Shown: positions 50,744-62,100 of the stretch, in pieces
How the letters are laid out: each line of letters begins with the position of its first letter
How positions within the stretch are numbered: position 1 is the first letter of the stretch
Source of the DNA: Candidatus Latescibacterota bacterium
Lineage (GTDB): Bacteria; Latescibacterota; UBA2968; GCA-2709665
Assembly (NCBI GenBank): GCA_965219995.1
Contig: CBDCOX010000002.1
Span: forward strand, 4,864,001-4,928,000
Direction of reading: 5' to 3'
DNA: 64,000 nucleotides
Translations under genes and position numbers: made by a program
Notes under the pieces: generated by a model
Told to the model about the DNA's origin: nothing
The model's input: the letters and a program-made list of their open reading frames with translations, nothing else
Database searches by the model: none

Positions 50744-51027
50744 GCGTTGCGCTGTGGAATGCCGTGTTCGTTCAGCCAGGACCTCAGCTGCAATACGTGC
50801 ATGCCCATTTCCCTGGCGAGTTTCCCGAGGCTGATGTACCCGCCCCGATAGGCGGCGAGCGCCTGGCTCTGCCGGAGCGGCAACTCGGCGAACGCGGTCT
50901 GATAACACGCCGAAATCGCGTCCCGCACAAGCTGTCCCCTGCTCTTCCGGCGGATCTCCGCCAGTCTTCTGAGCATTGAGTCCGTCTCTTCATCGAGCTT
51001 GATGTGTAACGTCCTGTCACGCGGCAT
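50737..51027 (-). CDS. RHH + UPF0175-like putative antitoxin (orphan)
   Basis: LHIKLDEE...RGQLVRDAI (RHH) and YRGGYISLGKLAREMG. Confidence 0.7.
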   Translation of the reverse strand: MPRDRTLHIKLDEETDSMLRRLAEIRRKSRGQLVRDAISACYQTAFAELPLRQSQALAAYRGGYISLGKLAREMGMHVLQLRSWLNEHGIPQRNAY

Positions 51028-51135
51028 ATGAGTCTCCTGAAATGGTATCCAATTTATGTATAAATATACAATTTTTCATACAATATTTCAACATCGGGTA
51101 CATCACTAAACGGTGTTCGGCGACATGGGTAACAC

Positions 51136-51318
51136 GAAGGCGGTGAGACGTGAGACGGTAGTTAAAGGCGGTGAGACGTAAGACGGTAGACGGTAGAGGA
51201 AGTCATTTACAGTAGTGTTTCTGCAGTAACCGTGCCTGTTTATTTGCCGTTATCGTAACGACAAGAAAAACCATAGAGCACTCAAATCATCTCCCGTCTT
51301 ACGTCTAACGTCTCCCCG
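51136..51318. repeat. Inverted AGACG-NN heptamer arrays
   Basis: AAGGCGGTGAGACGT occurs twice, then AGACGGT units; complementary CATCTCCCGTCTTACGTCTAACGTCTCCCC at 51288-51318. Confidence 0.8.
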
Positions 51319-51350
51319 AGGGTGAGGGGCAACGGGGCGGAGTAGATTTT

Positions 51351-52916
51351 CTACGGCGAAACGCCTCTTTTGTCGGTGGGTCCGAGCAGGCTTTTGAGGC
51401 GGTTGCGGGTGAGGGATATGAAATTGCAGAGAAAGGGGCGGGTTTCGCGGGGGTCGATGATTTCCTCCACCGCGAAGGCTTCCGCGGAGCGGAATGGAGA
51501 CGCGAATTGTCGAAGTTCCTCTTCAAGTTCCTTCTCGCGGGCCTGCGGATCCTCGGAATTTGCGATATCCCGGCGGTAGGCGGCGGCAACGCCACCTTCG
51601 ATGGGCAGGGAGCCCCACTCTCCGGAAGGCCAGGCGATCTTGAAATCCAGTTCGTCCATGTCGCCGGCGGCCATTCCGGCCATGCCGTAACACTTCCGGA
51701 TCACCAGGGTGAGGATGGGTACCCGGACCCGGTGTATCGCGAAGACCGCCTTCATCCCTTCGCGCAGGGTGGCCTCCTGTTCGGCGGCGGTGCCGATCAT
51801 GAAACCGGGGATGTCCACAAAGAAGATCAGCGGGATGTGGAAGCAGTCGCAGAGCTCGATGAAATGCGTCTGTTTCCTGGCCTCGCCGGCGCCCATCGCG
51901 CCGCCCGATACCATGGGGTTATTGGCGACGATCCCCACCGGATGGCCGTTCAGCCGTGCGAGACACGTGATGAGCGCGCGTCCGAACGTCGGCTGGATTT
52001 CAAAGACGGAGCCCTTGTCCGCGACCAGTTCGACCAGGCGGTGCATCGAATAGGGGGAGGTGCGTTCTCGAGGCACAATGGACAGCAGTTCCTCTTCGCG
52101 CCGGTCGACCGGGTCGTCGCTCGCTTCCGCCGGAGGCAGTTCCCATACGTTCTGGGGCATGTAGGACAGAAATCGCCGGATCATGTAAAAGCACTCGCGT
52201 TCCGTATCTACCGCGTTGTCCACCGTGCCGGCCATGTCCACCGCGATGTCGTGTCCGCCAAGGTCTTCCTTTGAAACCTCTACGCCGAGCGCCCGCTTGA
52301 CGAGGGGCGGTCCGCCGGAAAAGATCTGGCTGGTGTGGCGTACCATAACGGACCAGTGCGAGAGGATTGCCCGTCCGGCGGGCCCGCCGGCCGCACTGCC
52401 GAGTACGGCGGAGACAACAGGGACTTCGCCCAGGAGCTGGACGGACCGGCCGAAACTGCTGACGCCGGGGAATACGGTGTACCCCCTCTTTACCGCCCCG
52501 CGGACCGAACCGCCGGCCCCGTCGGCGAGGTTGATGAGCGGAATGAGATACTTGGATGCGAGGTCCTCGATAAAGCCGCCCTGACCCCCCTTTCGTCGGT
52601 GCGTACCGGGACTGCTGCCGCCACGGACGGTGAAATCCTCTCCGCCGATGGCCACGGGCCTGCCGTTGATGCGGGCCACGCCCATGATGTAGGGGGCGGG
52701 CTGCACGTTGATGACGTTGCCGGCCTCGTCGTACTCGCCTGTGCCGCTGAGGCTCCCGACTTCCGTGAACGAACCGCCGTCCACCAGGGCATCGATGCGT
52801 TCGCGAATGGTGAGCTTTCCCTGTCCGTGGTGGCGTTCGACGTTCTCGGTCCCGCCCATCTTTCTGGACCAGGACCGGCGCGCGTCGAGTTCATCGGTTT
52901 CTTTCCGCCAGTTCAT
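51351..52916 (-). CDS. Acyl-CoA carboxyltransferase (PccB/MmdA-like)
   Basis: GKLTIRERI, DFTVRGGS, GIVANNP, VDIPGFMIG, RKCYG, IIDPRETR. Confidence 0.9.
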   Translation of the reverse strand: MNWRKETDELDARRSWSRKMGGTENVERHHGQGKLTIRERIDALVDGGSFTEVGSLSGTGEYDEAGNVINVQPAPYIMGVARINGRPVAIGGEDFTVRGGSSPGTHRRKGGQGGFIEDLASKYLIPLINLADGAGGSVRGAVKRGYTVFPGVSSFGRSVQLLGEVPVVSAVLGSAAGGPAGRAILSHWSVMVRHTSQIFSGGPPLVKRALGVEVSKEDLGGHDIAVDMAGTVDNAVDTERECFYMIRRFLSYMPQNVWELPPAEASDDPVDRREEELLSIVPRERTSPYSMHRLVELVADKGSVFEIQPTFGRALITCLARLNGHPVGIVANNPMVSGGAMGAGEARKQTHFIELCDCFHIPLIFFVDIPGFMIGTAAEQEATLREGMKAVFAIHRVRVPILTLVIRKCYGMAGMAAGDMDELDFKIAWPSGEWGSLPIEGGVAAAYRRDIANSEDPQAREKELEEELRQFASPFRSAEAFAVEEIIDPRETRPFLCNFISLTRNRLKSLLGPTDKRGVSP

Positions 52917-52980
52917 CCGTACCTCCTGTAGGTCGGGTGTCGGGCCACCCGCTGCATCCGGTTACTGCATTTCCCGGCGG

Positions 52981-54192
52981 TTACGTCGCGTAAACGGTCT
53001 TCTGCCGTGCCAGCGCGTCAATTTCATCGGCTTCGTATCCTGCGACCCGTGTCAGTACGTCCCGGGTGTCGACCCCCACTTCCCGCCCGGCCCAACGCAC
53101 GTCGCCCGGCGTTTCCGAAAGTCCGGGCACGACGCCCGGCAACGTGACGGACCCGAGGACGTCATCCGGCATCTCCAGCAGCATATCTCGCGCGCGGTAG
53201 TGTTCATCGGCGAAAATGTCCCGCAGCGTGAATATCCTGGCGGCGGGTACGGCATTCGCGTCCAGCTTGCGCTCCAGTTCCGTGAGCGGACGCCCCGACG
53301 TCCAGTCGGCGATGATACCGTCGATGTCGTCCTCGTGTCGCGACCGGGCCGTGGGTGTCTTGAAGCGTTCGTCTTCGGCAAGATGCGGGGCGCCCATGCA
53401 CGCGGCCAGGCGTTCGAAGGTGGCGTCGTTGCCTGCGGTGATGTGGATGAAGTCCCCGTCCGCCGTGGGATAGAGGTTGTTGGGCGTGCTGTTCGGCAAC
53501 CTGGACCCCGTGCGGGTGGGAACGGCCCCCAGCGCGGCGAATGCCGGGACGTGGGGTTCCATAAAGCTGAACGCCCCCTCGTACAGCGCCGCGTCGACCA
53601 CCTGCCCGCGACCCGTCCGGGTCCTGGAGAAGAGCGCCATGACCGCGCCGAACGCCGCATACAACCCCGTGATGCAATCCGTGAGGGAGATGCTCACGCG
53701 GCTGGGCGGCCGGTCGGGCTCGCCCGTGATTTCTCTGAGTCCGCCCACCGCCTCGCTGGTCACGCCGTATCCCGGTCGGTGGCGGTAGGGGCCCGTCTGC
53801 CCGTACCCGCTGATCCGGACGAGGATGATGCCGGGGTTGACCCCGGAGAGGGTGTCGTAACCCAGGTTCCACGCCTCCAGCGTTCCGGGCCGGAAATTCT
53901 CGACAACCACGTCTGATGCCTTCACCAGCCGCTTGACGACGTCCTGCCCGTCGGGTGTTCTGAGGTCCACCGAGATGAGATGTTTGTTGCGCAGGATGCT
54001 GGCCGCGTACAGCGAGCGGCCCCGGCTGCGTCTGCCCATCTGGCGCACCGGGTCTCCGGACGGCGGCTCCACTTTGATGACTTCCGCGCCGAAGTCCGCC
54101 AGGAGGCGGCCGCAGAACGGGCCGGAAACGGTGCTGCCCATCTCCAGTACGCGACATCCGGCGAGGGGCCCGTCGTTGGTGGATTGCGCCAT
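52981..54192 (-). CDS. Family III CoA-transferase (CaiB/BaiF)
   Basis: GPFCGRLLADFGAEVIKVE, RNK, DVVVENFRPG, SGYGQTGP. Confidence 0.92.
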   Translation of the reverse strand: MAQSTNDGPLAGCRVLEMGSTVSGPFCGRLLADFGAEVIKVEPPSGDPVRQMGRRSRGRSLYAASILRNKHLISVDLRTPDGQDVVKRLVKASDVVVENFRPGTLEAWNLGYDTLSGVNPGIILVRISGYGQTGPYRHRPGYGVTSEAVGGLREITGEPDRPPSRVSISLTDCITGLYAAFGAVMALFSRTRTGRGQVVDAALYEGAFSFMEPHVPAFAALGAVPTRTGSRLPNSTPNNLYPTADGDFIHITAGNDATFERLAACMGAPHLAEDERFKTPTARSRHEDDIDGIIADWTSGRPLTELERKLDANAVPAARIFTLRDIFADEHYRARDMLLEMPDDVLGSVTLPGVVPGLSETPGDVRWAGREVGVDTRDVLTRVAGYEADEIDALARQKTVYAT

Positions 54193-54193
54193 G

Positions 54194-55294
54194 TTATCGA
54201 ACGGCCGGGGGTGGAATTTCGACACAGACCGCGCCCGGTACTTCAACGGGACTGCCGACGGGCTCGAGGGCGCCGGTGTCGGGGACGATCCGGAAACAGG
54301 TGACCGCGTTGCCGCGCTGGTTGGCGGCGAGGAGGTATCTGCCCGCGGGGTCGAATTCAAGGTTCCAGGGCCACGCGCCGCGGGACGGCTCGTGGCCGAG
54401 CGGCGAGAGTTCGCCCGTTGCGCCGTCAATCGACATCACCGCGATGCTGTCGTGTCCGCGGTTGGAGCCGTAGAGGAACCGGCCCGACGGATGGACCCGG
54501 ACGTCCGCGCAGAAGTTCTCGGCGTCGTAGTCATCGGGCAGGGCGGAAAGTGTCTGGCGTTCCGCAAGAGATCCGGTTTCCGCATCGTAGTCGAAGACGG
54601 CGATGGTGCTGTCGAGCTCGTTGATCACGTACGCCCTGCTGCCGTCGGGATGGAATGAGATGTGCCTGGGCCCCGCGCCCGCGCGCGTCGAAACGAACTC
54701 CTGCGCGGCGGGTTCGATGGTGGCCGACGATGCGTCGAGACCGTAGGCCATGACTTTGTCGATACCCAGGTCGGCGGCAAACGCGAACCGGTGGTCGGGC
54801 GAGAGCACGACCGAATGAACGTGAGGCGCTTCCTGGCGCCCGGAATCGACGCTGGATCCTTCGTGCAGGACGACCTGAGAAACCGGTTCGAGATGACCGT
54901 TTTCGTCAATTGGAAGCGCGCTCAGGCTGCCCGATCCGTAGTTTCCGGACAACAGACAGCGGCCGGAGCGGTCAACGCTGAGATAGCAGGGCAGGTCGCC
55001 TCCGGCATGTTCTTCGTTGAGCAGCGTGATGACGCCGGAGTCCGGGTCGATGGAGAACGCCTTGATGCTGCCTCCGGGTCTGCCGTCGAACTCTTCGACG
55101 GCGCAGGCGGCATACAGAAAACGCGCGCCGGCATCGGTGGTCAGAAAGAAGGGATTGTGGACGTCGGGCACCTTTGAGACGGCCTCGAGTTCGCCGGTCG
55201 ATGTATCGAGTTGAAGAATGTGGAGGCCTTCGGTCCGATCGTCTGTATAGGTGCCGACGTAGACCCTGACGTGACCGCCGGTCTGATCTGACAT
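54194..55294 (-). CDS. Lactonase family beta-propeller (Pgl/YbhE-like)
   Basis: YVGTYT, RQEAPHVH, DLGID, GPRH, SNRGHDS. Confidence 0.9.
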   Translation of the reverse strand: MSDQTGGHVRVYVGTYTDDRTEGLHILQLDTSTGELEAVSKVPDVHNPFFLTTDAGARFLYAACAVEEFDGRPGGSIKAFSIDPDSGVITLLNEEHAGGDLPCYLSVDRSGRCLLSGNYGSGSLSALPIDENGHLEPVSQVVLHEGSSVDSGRQEAPHVHSVVLSPDHRFAFAADLGIDKVMAYGLDASSATIEPAAQEFVSTRAGAGPRHISFHPDGSRAYVINELDSTIAVFDYDAETGSLAERQTLSALPDDYDAENFCADVRVHPSGRFLYGSNRGHDSIAVMSIDGATGELSPLGHEPSRGAWPWNLEFDPAGRYLLAANQRGNAVTCFRIVPDTGALEPVGSPVEVPGAVCVEIPPPAVR

Positions 55295-55734
55295 GTGCCC
55301 GCCTCCTGCGTTGGAGAGGATCGTTTGTGGTGTGACGACTGTGTGACGTTCGAAGTCTTGGCAAAAGGCCCCGGTTTGTTGTCGATATGTCTGAAATATA
55401 GACGGAAAAGGTGCGAGATCAAAATTTTTTCGCTGCTTCGCGTGCAGAAATTCGAAATCCGGCCTGGGGCTGTGGTCTGCCCCGGTAGTGCGACGCAACC
55501 GCATGCGCCGCGCGTCTTGGATTTTCACCGCCGCGGGAGTATCTTGGAACGGCTTGATGCGGAACCCGCTGTGAAGGCGGGCCAGATATTCCTGTCTGCC
55601 CGCGTCGCCGATTGACATCGCGAGGGCATATCGCGAACGGTTTTTCCTCTACCGTCTCCCGTCTCCCCTCTCACCGCTTCCAGGGGACCGGACGCGACAG
55701 CCAGCGCAATCCCTATCAACCCGCGAGGACATGT

Positions 55735-56580
55735 ATGGATACCGAGCTTCTCCCCACAACCAACGCGGACGGTCTCCCGGTTGTACCGATGACCGACGCG
55801 CAGAAGTACACCTTCGACCTGAAGGGCTGGATCTGTCTGCCCGGTCTGTTCGACGAGGATCAGCTCGACGGGATCCGGCGGCACCAGATGGACTTTCTCT
55901 ACAGCCGCGACTCGCTTCCCCCGGAGGAACGCGACAACCACGGGGGACCGTCGCAGGCGCTTCTGGACCATCCCGCGGTGGTCGGCGTGCTCAACGAAAT
56001 CCTCTCGCATCGCCCGCTCGCAACCGAAGACTGCTACGGGTTCCGCTACGACCACACGTACACCAGCCATCGAAGGGCCGGCCACGACAACTTCCGGCCC
56101 CACGGCGGCGGCGCGTATTTTTCTTTCTCCGGCAATTCCCACATCTACCAGATGCTGCCCGGGAAGGTCCATTCGGGCCTGACCCGCGTGGTGTGGGAAC
56201 TCAACGAGGTGGGCTCCGGAGACGGGGGGACGATGTTTCTCACCGGGAGCCACAAGGCGGCCTTTCCGCGACCCGAGGAAGTCAGCGGCCGGGACAGTTC
56301 GCTGTGGGAGACGTACACCTGCCCGGCGGGTTCGGCGGTGATCTTTACCGAGGCGATCTGCCACACGGGAACCCGCTGGAACAACGAGACCCGCGACCGG
56401 CTGAGTCTGTTCACCTGTTACAATACGGTCAACGCCAAGTGGGGCAAGGGGTGCCCGCCCGCGGAGGTGATCGCCGCGCTGCCGCCCAAACGCCAGTCGC
56501 TGTTCAGAGGCGTCTGGCACGGGATGAGGGAAGTACCCGGCATCAATCAGTACTACGACGACGCCAACCGGGCGGTGTGA
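55735..56580 (+). CDS. PhyH-like Fe(II)/2-oxoglutarate oxygenase
   Basis: FDLKGW, LLDHP, PHGG, DGGTMFLTGSHK, AGSAVIFTEAICH, R. Confidence 0.85.
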   Translation: MDTELLPTTNADGLPVVPMTDAQKYTFDLKGWICLPGLFDEDQLDGIRRHQMDFLYSRDSLPPEERDNHGGPSQALLDHPAVVGVLNEILSHRPLATEDCYGFRYDHTYTSHRRAGHDNFRPHGGGAYFSFSGNSHIYQMLPGKVHSGLTRVVWELNEVGSGDGGTMFLTGSHKAAFPRPEEVSGRDSSLWETYTCPAGSAVIFTEAICHTGTRWNNETRDRLSLFTCYNTVNAKWGKGCPPAEVIAALPPKRQSLFRGVWHGMREVPGINQYYDDANRAV

Positions 56581-56656
56581 ATCAAAACCTCTCCTCCCGG
56601 CCCCACACCCCCGGGGGAGACGTGAGACGGAAGCGTGGCGTGTACGGCGTCTGCGA

Positions 56657-56831
56657 CCTGAGCCGCTCCCTGAGCTTGTCGAAGGGTCGGCGAAGGTCGT
56701 GAAGAAGCGCTGTAAGGGTTGGGTAACACGGGCATTTCGACAAGCTCAATGACCACGTATCGAAAGGGCATTTCGAATGGATAAACAAAAGCGGCGCTTT
56801 TGTTTCGACATGCTTGCTTCGACAAGCTCAG
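56657..56831. repeat. CTGAGCTTGTCGAAG-family palindromic repeat cluster
   Basis: Nested unit 56657-56696; complementary halves at 56736-56748 and 56817-56831; hairpin AAACAAAAGCG/CGCTTTTGTTT at 56783-56805. Confidence 0.85.
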
Positions 56832-56922
56832 CACAAACGGTGCAGGCAAGACCGGCAAATCGAGTGCTACGGTGGTTCAATGGTGAAGTATTTTTGTGCC
56901 GGACTAAATAGGAGGTCTTGTG

Positions 56923-57723
56923 ATGAAAGTTGGCGTGTATGCTTCGTATTTCGGCAAGGAAGTGCCCAAGGCATTTCCGGACGTGGAGTCGTTCATCGAC
57001 CTCGCGTACGATTTGAAACTGGACGTCATCGACTTCCGGGTGGACGTGGGTTTCGGCTCCCTGGACCGCGGCTATCTGCGGGACCTGAAGATAAAGTGCC
57101 TGAAAGCCGGGCTTCCCATCGGCTATCTGGCGTCCGGCGGCCATTTCGTGGGGGCGGATGAGGAATTGCGACAGAAGGTGGAGCAGGCGAAGGCCGACGT
57201 GGAAGTGGCCGCTTTCCTGGGCGCGCCGATGATCCGGCTCTTTTGCGGGGCGCCGGGTGACGGTGACCCTGAAAGTGAGATTCGATGTTTCCAGGAAGTG
57301 TGCGATTTCGCGGCCGAGTCCGGGATTATCGTCGGCCTGCAGAATCACCCGAGCACGGGCGACAACGTCCTGCGGATTCTGCGGGAGACCGACCGCGAGA
57401 ATTTTACGTTTATCCTGGACACGGGCCAGTGGGTGGGGTCGCCTGCGCAGAACCGCGGTGTGGGCGATCCGGACGTCGATATCTACCACTTCATGGAACA
57501 GACCGCGCCCTTCGCGTCGTACGTCCGCGCCAAGATCTACAAGATCGACAGCGGCCGGGAGGAGTGGCTGGATTACCCGCGCATCATCGGGATTCTCAAG
57601 TCAGCGGGCTTCAACGGCGTCGTTTCCATCACCTTCGAGGGGCAGGAAGTCAACGAATGTGACGACCGCGAGACATTCAGGCTTGCGGCACAGCACCTGC
57701 GCGAAACCATCGCCTCGGCGTAA
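56923..57723 (+). CDS. Sugar-phosphate isomerase/epimerase (xylose isomerase-like TIM barrel)
   Basis: GAPMIRLF, QNH, LDTGQW, LDYPRI, SITFEG; AGGAGG RBS. Confidence 0.85.
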   Translation: MKVGVYASYFGKEVPKAFPDVESFIDLAYDLKLDVIDFRVDVGFGSLDRGYLRDLKIKCLKAGLPIGYLASGGHFVGADEELRQKVEQAKADVEVAAFLGAPMIRLFCGAPGDGDPESEIRCFQEVCDFAAESGIIVGLQNHPSTGDNVLRILRETDRENFTFILDTGQWVGSPAQNRGVGDPDVDIYHFMEQTAPFASYVRAKIYKIDSGREEWLDYPRIIGILKSAGFNGVVSITFEGQEVNECDDRETFRLAAQHLRETIASA

Positions 57724-57851
57724 TTCCACAACGGAACCGCGGCGGTCGGTCTGACGAGGTGCGGCCAACGGTGAATCGACTCTCTTCCGTTCCTCGTTTT
57801 CTCGTGCCTTGCGGTTCCTCGTTTCCTCGTGTATTTGTCCTGGTTTTTGGC

Positions 57852-57882
57852 TTTTATCCTGTTCATCCTGTCCATCCATGTG
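57852..57882. repeat. 9-mer array, copy of 34655-34684
   Basis: TTTTATCCTGTTCATCCTGTCCATCCATGT is identical over 30 nt. Confidence 0.8.
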
Positions 57883-57918
57883 AATTCATGTTTTCGAAGT
57901 ATTCAGGCTAACGAGCGA

Positions 57919-58647
57919 ATGCGACGACTGACGGACTACCGTGTCCTGACGTTCGACTGCTACGGCACCCTGATCGACTGGGAGTGCGGCATCTGGGACG
58001 CGTTGCAGCCGCTATTGATGCGCAATCCTGGGTGTGCGATCGAGCGTGCCGACGCGCTCCAGGCCTTCGCCCGATGCGAGTGCGCACAGGAGCGGGCCAC
58101 GCCGGGCATGCGCTATCCCGAGGTGCTGGCGCGGGTGCACCTATCAATCGCGGAGCATCTGGGATTGCGGACGGACAACGAGCTCAACGCGGCGTTCGGC
58201 GGTTCCGTGCCGCACTGGCCGGCGTTTCCAGACACCGCCGATGGGTTGCGCATCCTCAAGCAGCACTACAGTCTCGTCATCCTTTCCAACGTCCACCGCG
58301 ACGGCATCGCCGCCTCGGTCCGCAAGCTGGGCGTCGCGTTCGACGCCATCTATACCGCCGAGGACATCGGCTCGTACAAACCGGCCGACGCCAATTTCGA
58401 GTACCTGCTTTCCCATCTGAAGTCGGATCTGGGGCTCGAGCGATCGGACGTGCTGCACACCGCGCAAAGCCTGCATCACGACCATGTGCCGGCCAGGAAG
58501 TTCGGACTGGCCAACGTGTGGATCGACCGGCAGCGGCTGTCGGAAGGCGGAAGTTTGGGCGCGACCGAACGGGTGGAGACGATGCCCGAAACCGACTACG
58601 TCTTCTTCTCGATGGGAGAAATGGCCGAAGCGGTGGCGGCGGGGTGA
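57919..58647 (+). CDS. HAD hydrolase, type II haloacid dehalogenase-like
   Basis: TFDCYGTLIDWE, ILSN, SYKP, AQSLHHD. Confidence 0.88.
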   Translation: MRRLTDYRVLTFDCYGTLIDWECGIWDALQPLLMRNPGCAIERADALQAFARCECAQERATPGMRYPEVLARVHLSIAEHLGLRTDNELNAAFGGSVPHWPAFPDTADGLRILKQHYSLVILSNVHRDGIAASVRKLGVAFDAIYTAEDIGSYKPADANFEYLLSHLKSDLGLERSDVLHTAQSLHHDHVPARKFGLANVWIDRQRLSEGGSLGATERVETMPETDYVFFSMGEMAEAVAAG

Positions 58648-59132
58648 TCGGCTGCATCGTCCTGGCGCAACGGAGTTGCTTTTTTGACGTGGCAATCCCT
58701 TCCGGTAGTACTTATTTCCCTCCAGATCTGGCACACCCGACGTTTCACTTTCCGGGCGACTCGCGGGTCAGGGTCTCGACTGCGATTCCGATTGTCGCGT
58801 TTCCTCGCGATTTACACGAAAGTTCAGCAATAAATCATAAAAAATATGTAAGATATCATTATAATTTCATATAACAGATGTTATATTACAATAGCCGTAT
58901 TTTTGCTTTAAGCTTCCGGATCCGGATGCAAAACAACAGGACCGAAGATACGTAGCGACAGATCTGAGACAACGCAAGTTTGTACAAGTTGCTGCACTTT
59001 GAGGCGAATTCCACTTCGCTGGCGCCACGCGGCGAAATCGACTCCCGGACGTCCGGTTTTTCAGGGTCGGCTCGCGAAGTGCACGGCCGTCGCCGGAGAT
59101 ATTTGATTGAACATGAACAGGGAGGTAGTCCG

Positions 59133-62100
59133 ATGCGAAGTCTCAAACATCGTATCGATTCTCCGAGCGTTTTCAAGACGTCGTTCTTTGCGACTATCGC
59201 AATGATCCTTTGCCTGATCCTGGCCGGGTCCGCCTATCCGCAGGAAACAGGCCATGTACCGTTCTGCGAGCATATTGATTTCTCGAAGGTTCAGCCCGAG
59301 GGCTTCGACGCCGCGGGGAAGCGGGCATTCAGCCTGAACAAGGGCGAACCCCGGACGGTGCGTGTGATCCATTTCGTACCCAGCGACCGCCCGTTTCGCG
59401 CCGTCGTGGAGGACTCTATAAAGCGAGCGGTCCGGCGCGTCCAGGCTTTCTTCAAGGACCAGATGCGGGCACACGGCTATGGTACCGGTTCCCTCAGCAT
59501 AGAGACCGACGACGACGGCGACCCGCAGATCCATCGCTTTACCGGCCGGCATCCCGATGATCACTACTCAAGAGACGCGCACTCGATTGTGTACCGTGAG
59601 ATCCGCGAGGAATTCGATACGCATAAGAACGTTTATCTCACGTTTATCGACAACAGTCGCGGTGTGATTGCAAGCGGGGGCAGAAGGGGGAAGGTTGGCG
59701 GGGAGGCTTCGGTGGGTGGTGATTTCAAATGGAACACGGTGGCTCACGAGCTGGGGCACACGTTCGGGCTGCACCACGATTTTCGGGACGACAGGTACGT
59801 GATGTCGTATGGCGAAGCGCAGGACAGTTTGGCGGTTGTTGCTGCGCGGTTCCTTTCAGTGCATCCGTACTTCAATTCACAGATATCGATCGATCAGGGG
59901 GCGAGTCCGATCGTCGAACTTCTTTCATCGCCTAAATATCCACCGAACGTAGAGAATATAAACGTCCAATTCAACGTGACGGATCCAGACGGGCTCCACC
60001 AGTTGATCCTGTTTACCACGACGCCACCCCTGAATTTCGGCAGCGGATTCCCTGAAGTGAAAGCATGGCGCGGTTTGGGGAAGAAACAGAATTCTGAGGT
60101 CGAGCTTGAGTACAGACGAGACGTTGTTTCAACCACTGCGACTCCCGCCAACCCGGCCCCGGAGGAGATTCATGTCAACGCCGTTGACGTGGATGGAAAT
60201 GTCCGACGGATATCGTACAATCTCGTGAGTATTTCGCCGTACAGTTACGCCACGCTTGAGGGGCATACGGCCGGTGTCCTTTCAGTGGCGTTTTCACCCG
60301 ACGCGAAGGTTCTGGCTTCTGCATCAGATGACCATACGGTGAGACTGTGGGATGTGGCCACAGTCACGACTGCCTCCACGCTTGTTCATACGAGGGACAT
60401 CACTTCGGTGTCGTTCTCGCCGAGTGCGGCGACCCTCGCTTCCGGGTCATCCGATGGGAATGTCCACTTATGGGCGGTCGCGACCGGCGTACACGCCACC
60501 ACACTTGAAGGGCACACGGATCAAGTTTCTGCGGTGGCATTTTCGCCCGACGGATCCATCCTCGCTTCAGGATCCTTCGACAACACCATCAAACTATGGA
60601 AATTTGGCACGGGAAATTCAACGTCCACACTCGTGGGCCATACGGGTGGGGTCTTGTCGGTGTCGTTCGCACCTGGCGGGAACGTTATCGCTTCCAGGTC
60701 ATGGGACAATACGGTGAGGCTATGGGACGTTGCTACCGGCGCGAATCTTGCCGCCCTTCCGCACTCACACCGCGTCTCTTCAATGTCGTTTTCGACCGAT
60801 GGATCCACTCTCGCTACCGGGTCATTGGATAACAACATTCGGTTGTGGGACGTTGCGTCAGGAGAACGCGTCGACACCCTCGAGGGACACGTACGGGAAG
60901 TTTCTTCGGTGTCGTATTCACCCGACGGGACGATCATTGCTTCCGGGTCAGGGGACAAAACGGTCCGGCTATGGCGAGTGGAAACTGGACAGGTTGTCGC
61001 CACACTCGTTGGCCATACTCGAGGAGTTCGGAAGTTGATGTTTTCGCCTGATGGGACCCTCCTGGCGTCCACGTCGTGGGACAATTCGGTGAGGGTATGG
61101 GACGTAGCGATCGGCGAAAGCCTTGCCACCCTTCTTCATTCACGTTCCGTCAATTCGGTCTCTTTTTCTTCGAATGGGAGGTTCCTCGCTTCAGGGTCGG
61201 ATGACAAGACGGTCGAGTTGTGGGATATGTCCGCGTGGGTGCGGCCCCGTGCACGAACCGTGACGAAGATTTCCGGTGACAACCAGGAGGGTGTTGCCGG
61301 AGGCGCATTGACCGATCCACTGATCGTGGAAGTGCGAGATCAATACGGCGAACCGCTGTCCGGCGCGCAAGTCACCTTCTCGATTATTGCAGGGCAAGGA
61401 AGCTTCGACAGTGGTTTCACAACCGAGAACGTCACAACCGGTCCCGACGGACGGGCGCAGGTCGAACTCACGCTCGGTCCCAATCCCGGACCGAATACCA
61501 TCAGGGCATCCATCGCCGAACTCGAAGTGAAGACGTTTAACGCAGTGGGCCTCGGGTCACCTGTCGTAACGGATAAAGCCCTCGATTATTCCACGTGGTA
61601 TCTGCCAAAAGGAGCCACTGCGCGTCTGGGTAAGGGCACTATTGGCGAAAGCCACGCAGCAGCCGCTTTTTCTCCCGGAGGTAAGGTTCTCGCCGTAGCG
61701 AGCGCCATTGGCGTCTGGCTCTACACGCTCGAAGAACCCGAGAGAGTTACTCTGCTGCCCTCAGGCATCGTCCATTCGGTGTACTTTACTCCGGACGGAA
61801 GAAAGCTTGTCTCAGCGGGCGAGTGGTGGGAAGGGGCGGCGGTCAGGCTGTGGGACGTGGAAACACAAACCTATACGCCCGTTGTTGAGAGAAAGGAAAT
61901 CTTCCGCTATGTATCACTATCACCAGACGGTAGAGCCCTCGCCTACAGTGTCTATGAGGGACACTATACCTGGACCTTGAATCTATGGGATGTGACCTCG
62001 GGCACTCTTGTGTCGACCCTGGCCACGTATGACGGCACCATCCGACCCCGGAGTCTGACGTTTTCCCCTGACGGTGCCACCATCGCTTCGGGGCACCAGG

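Noticed and set aside
58980-59132. N-terminal extensions in the ORF track (also 2073, 21989, 47533, 54429, 55618, 57829)
   Set aside because: Downstream ATGs fit better by RBS and/or family N-terminus; several extensions run through repeats or neighbouring genes
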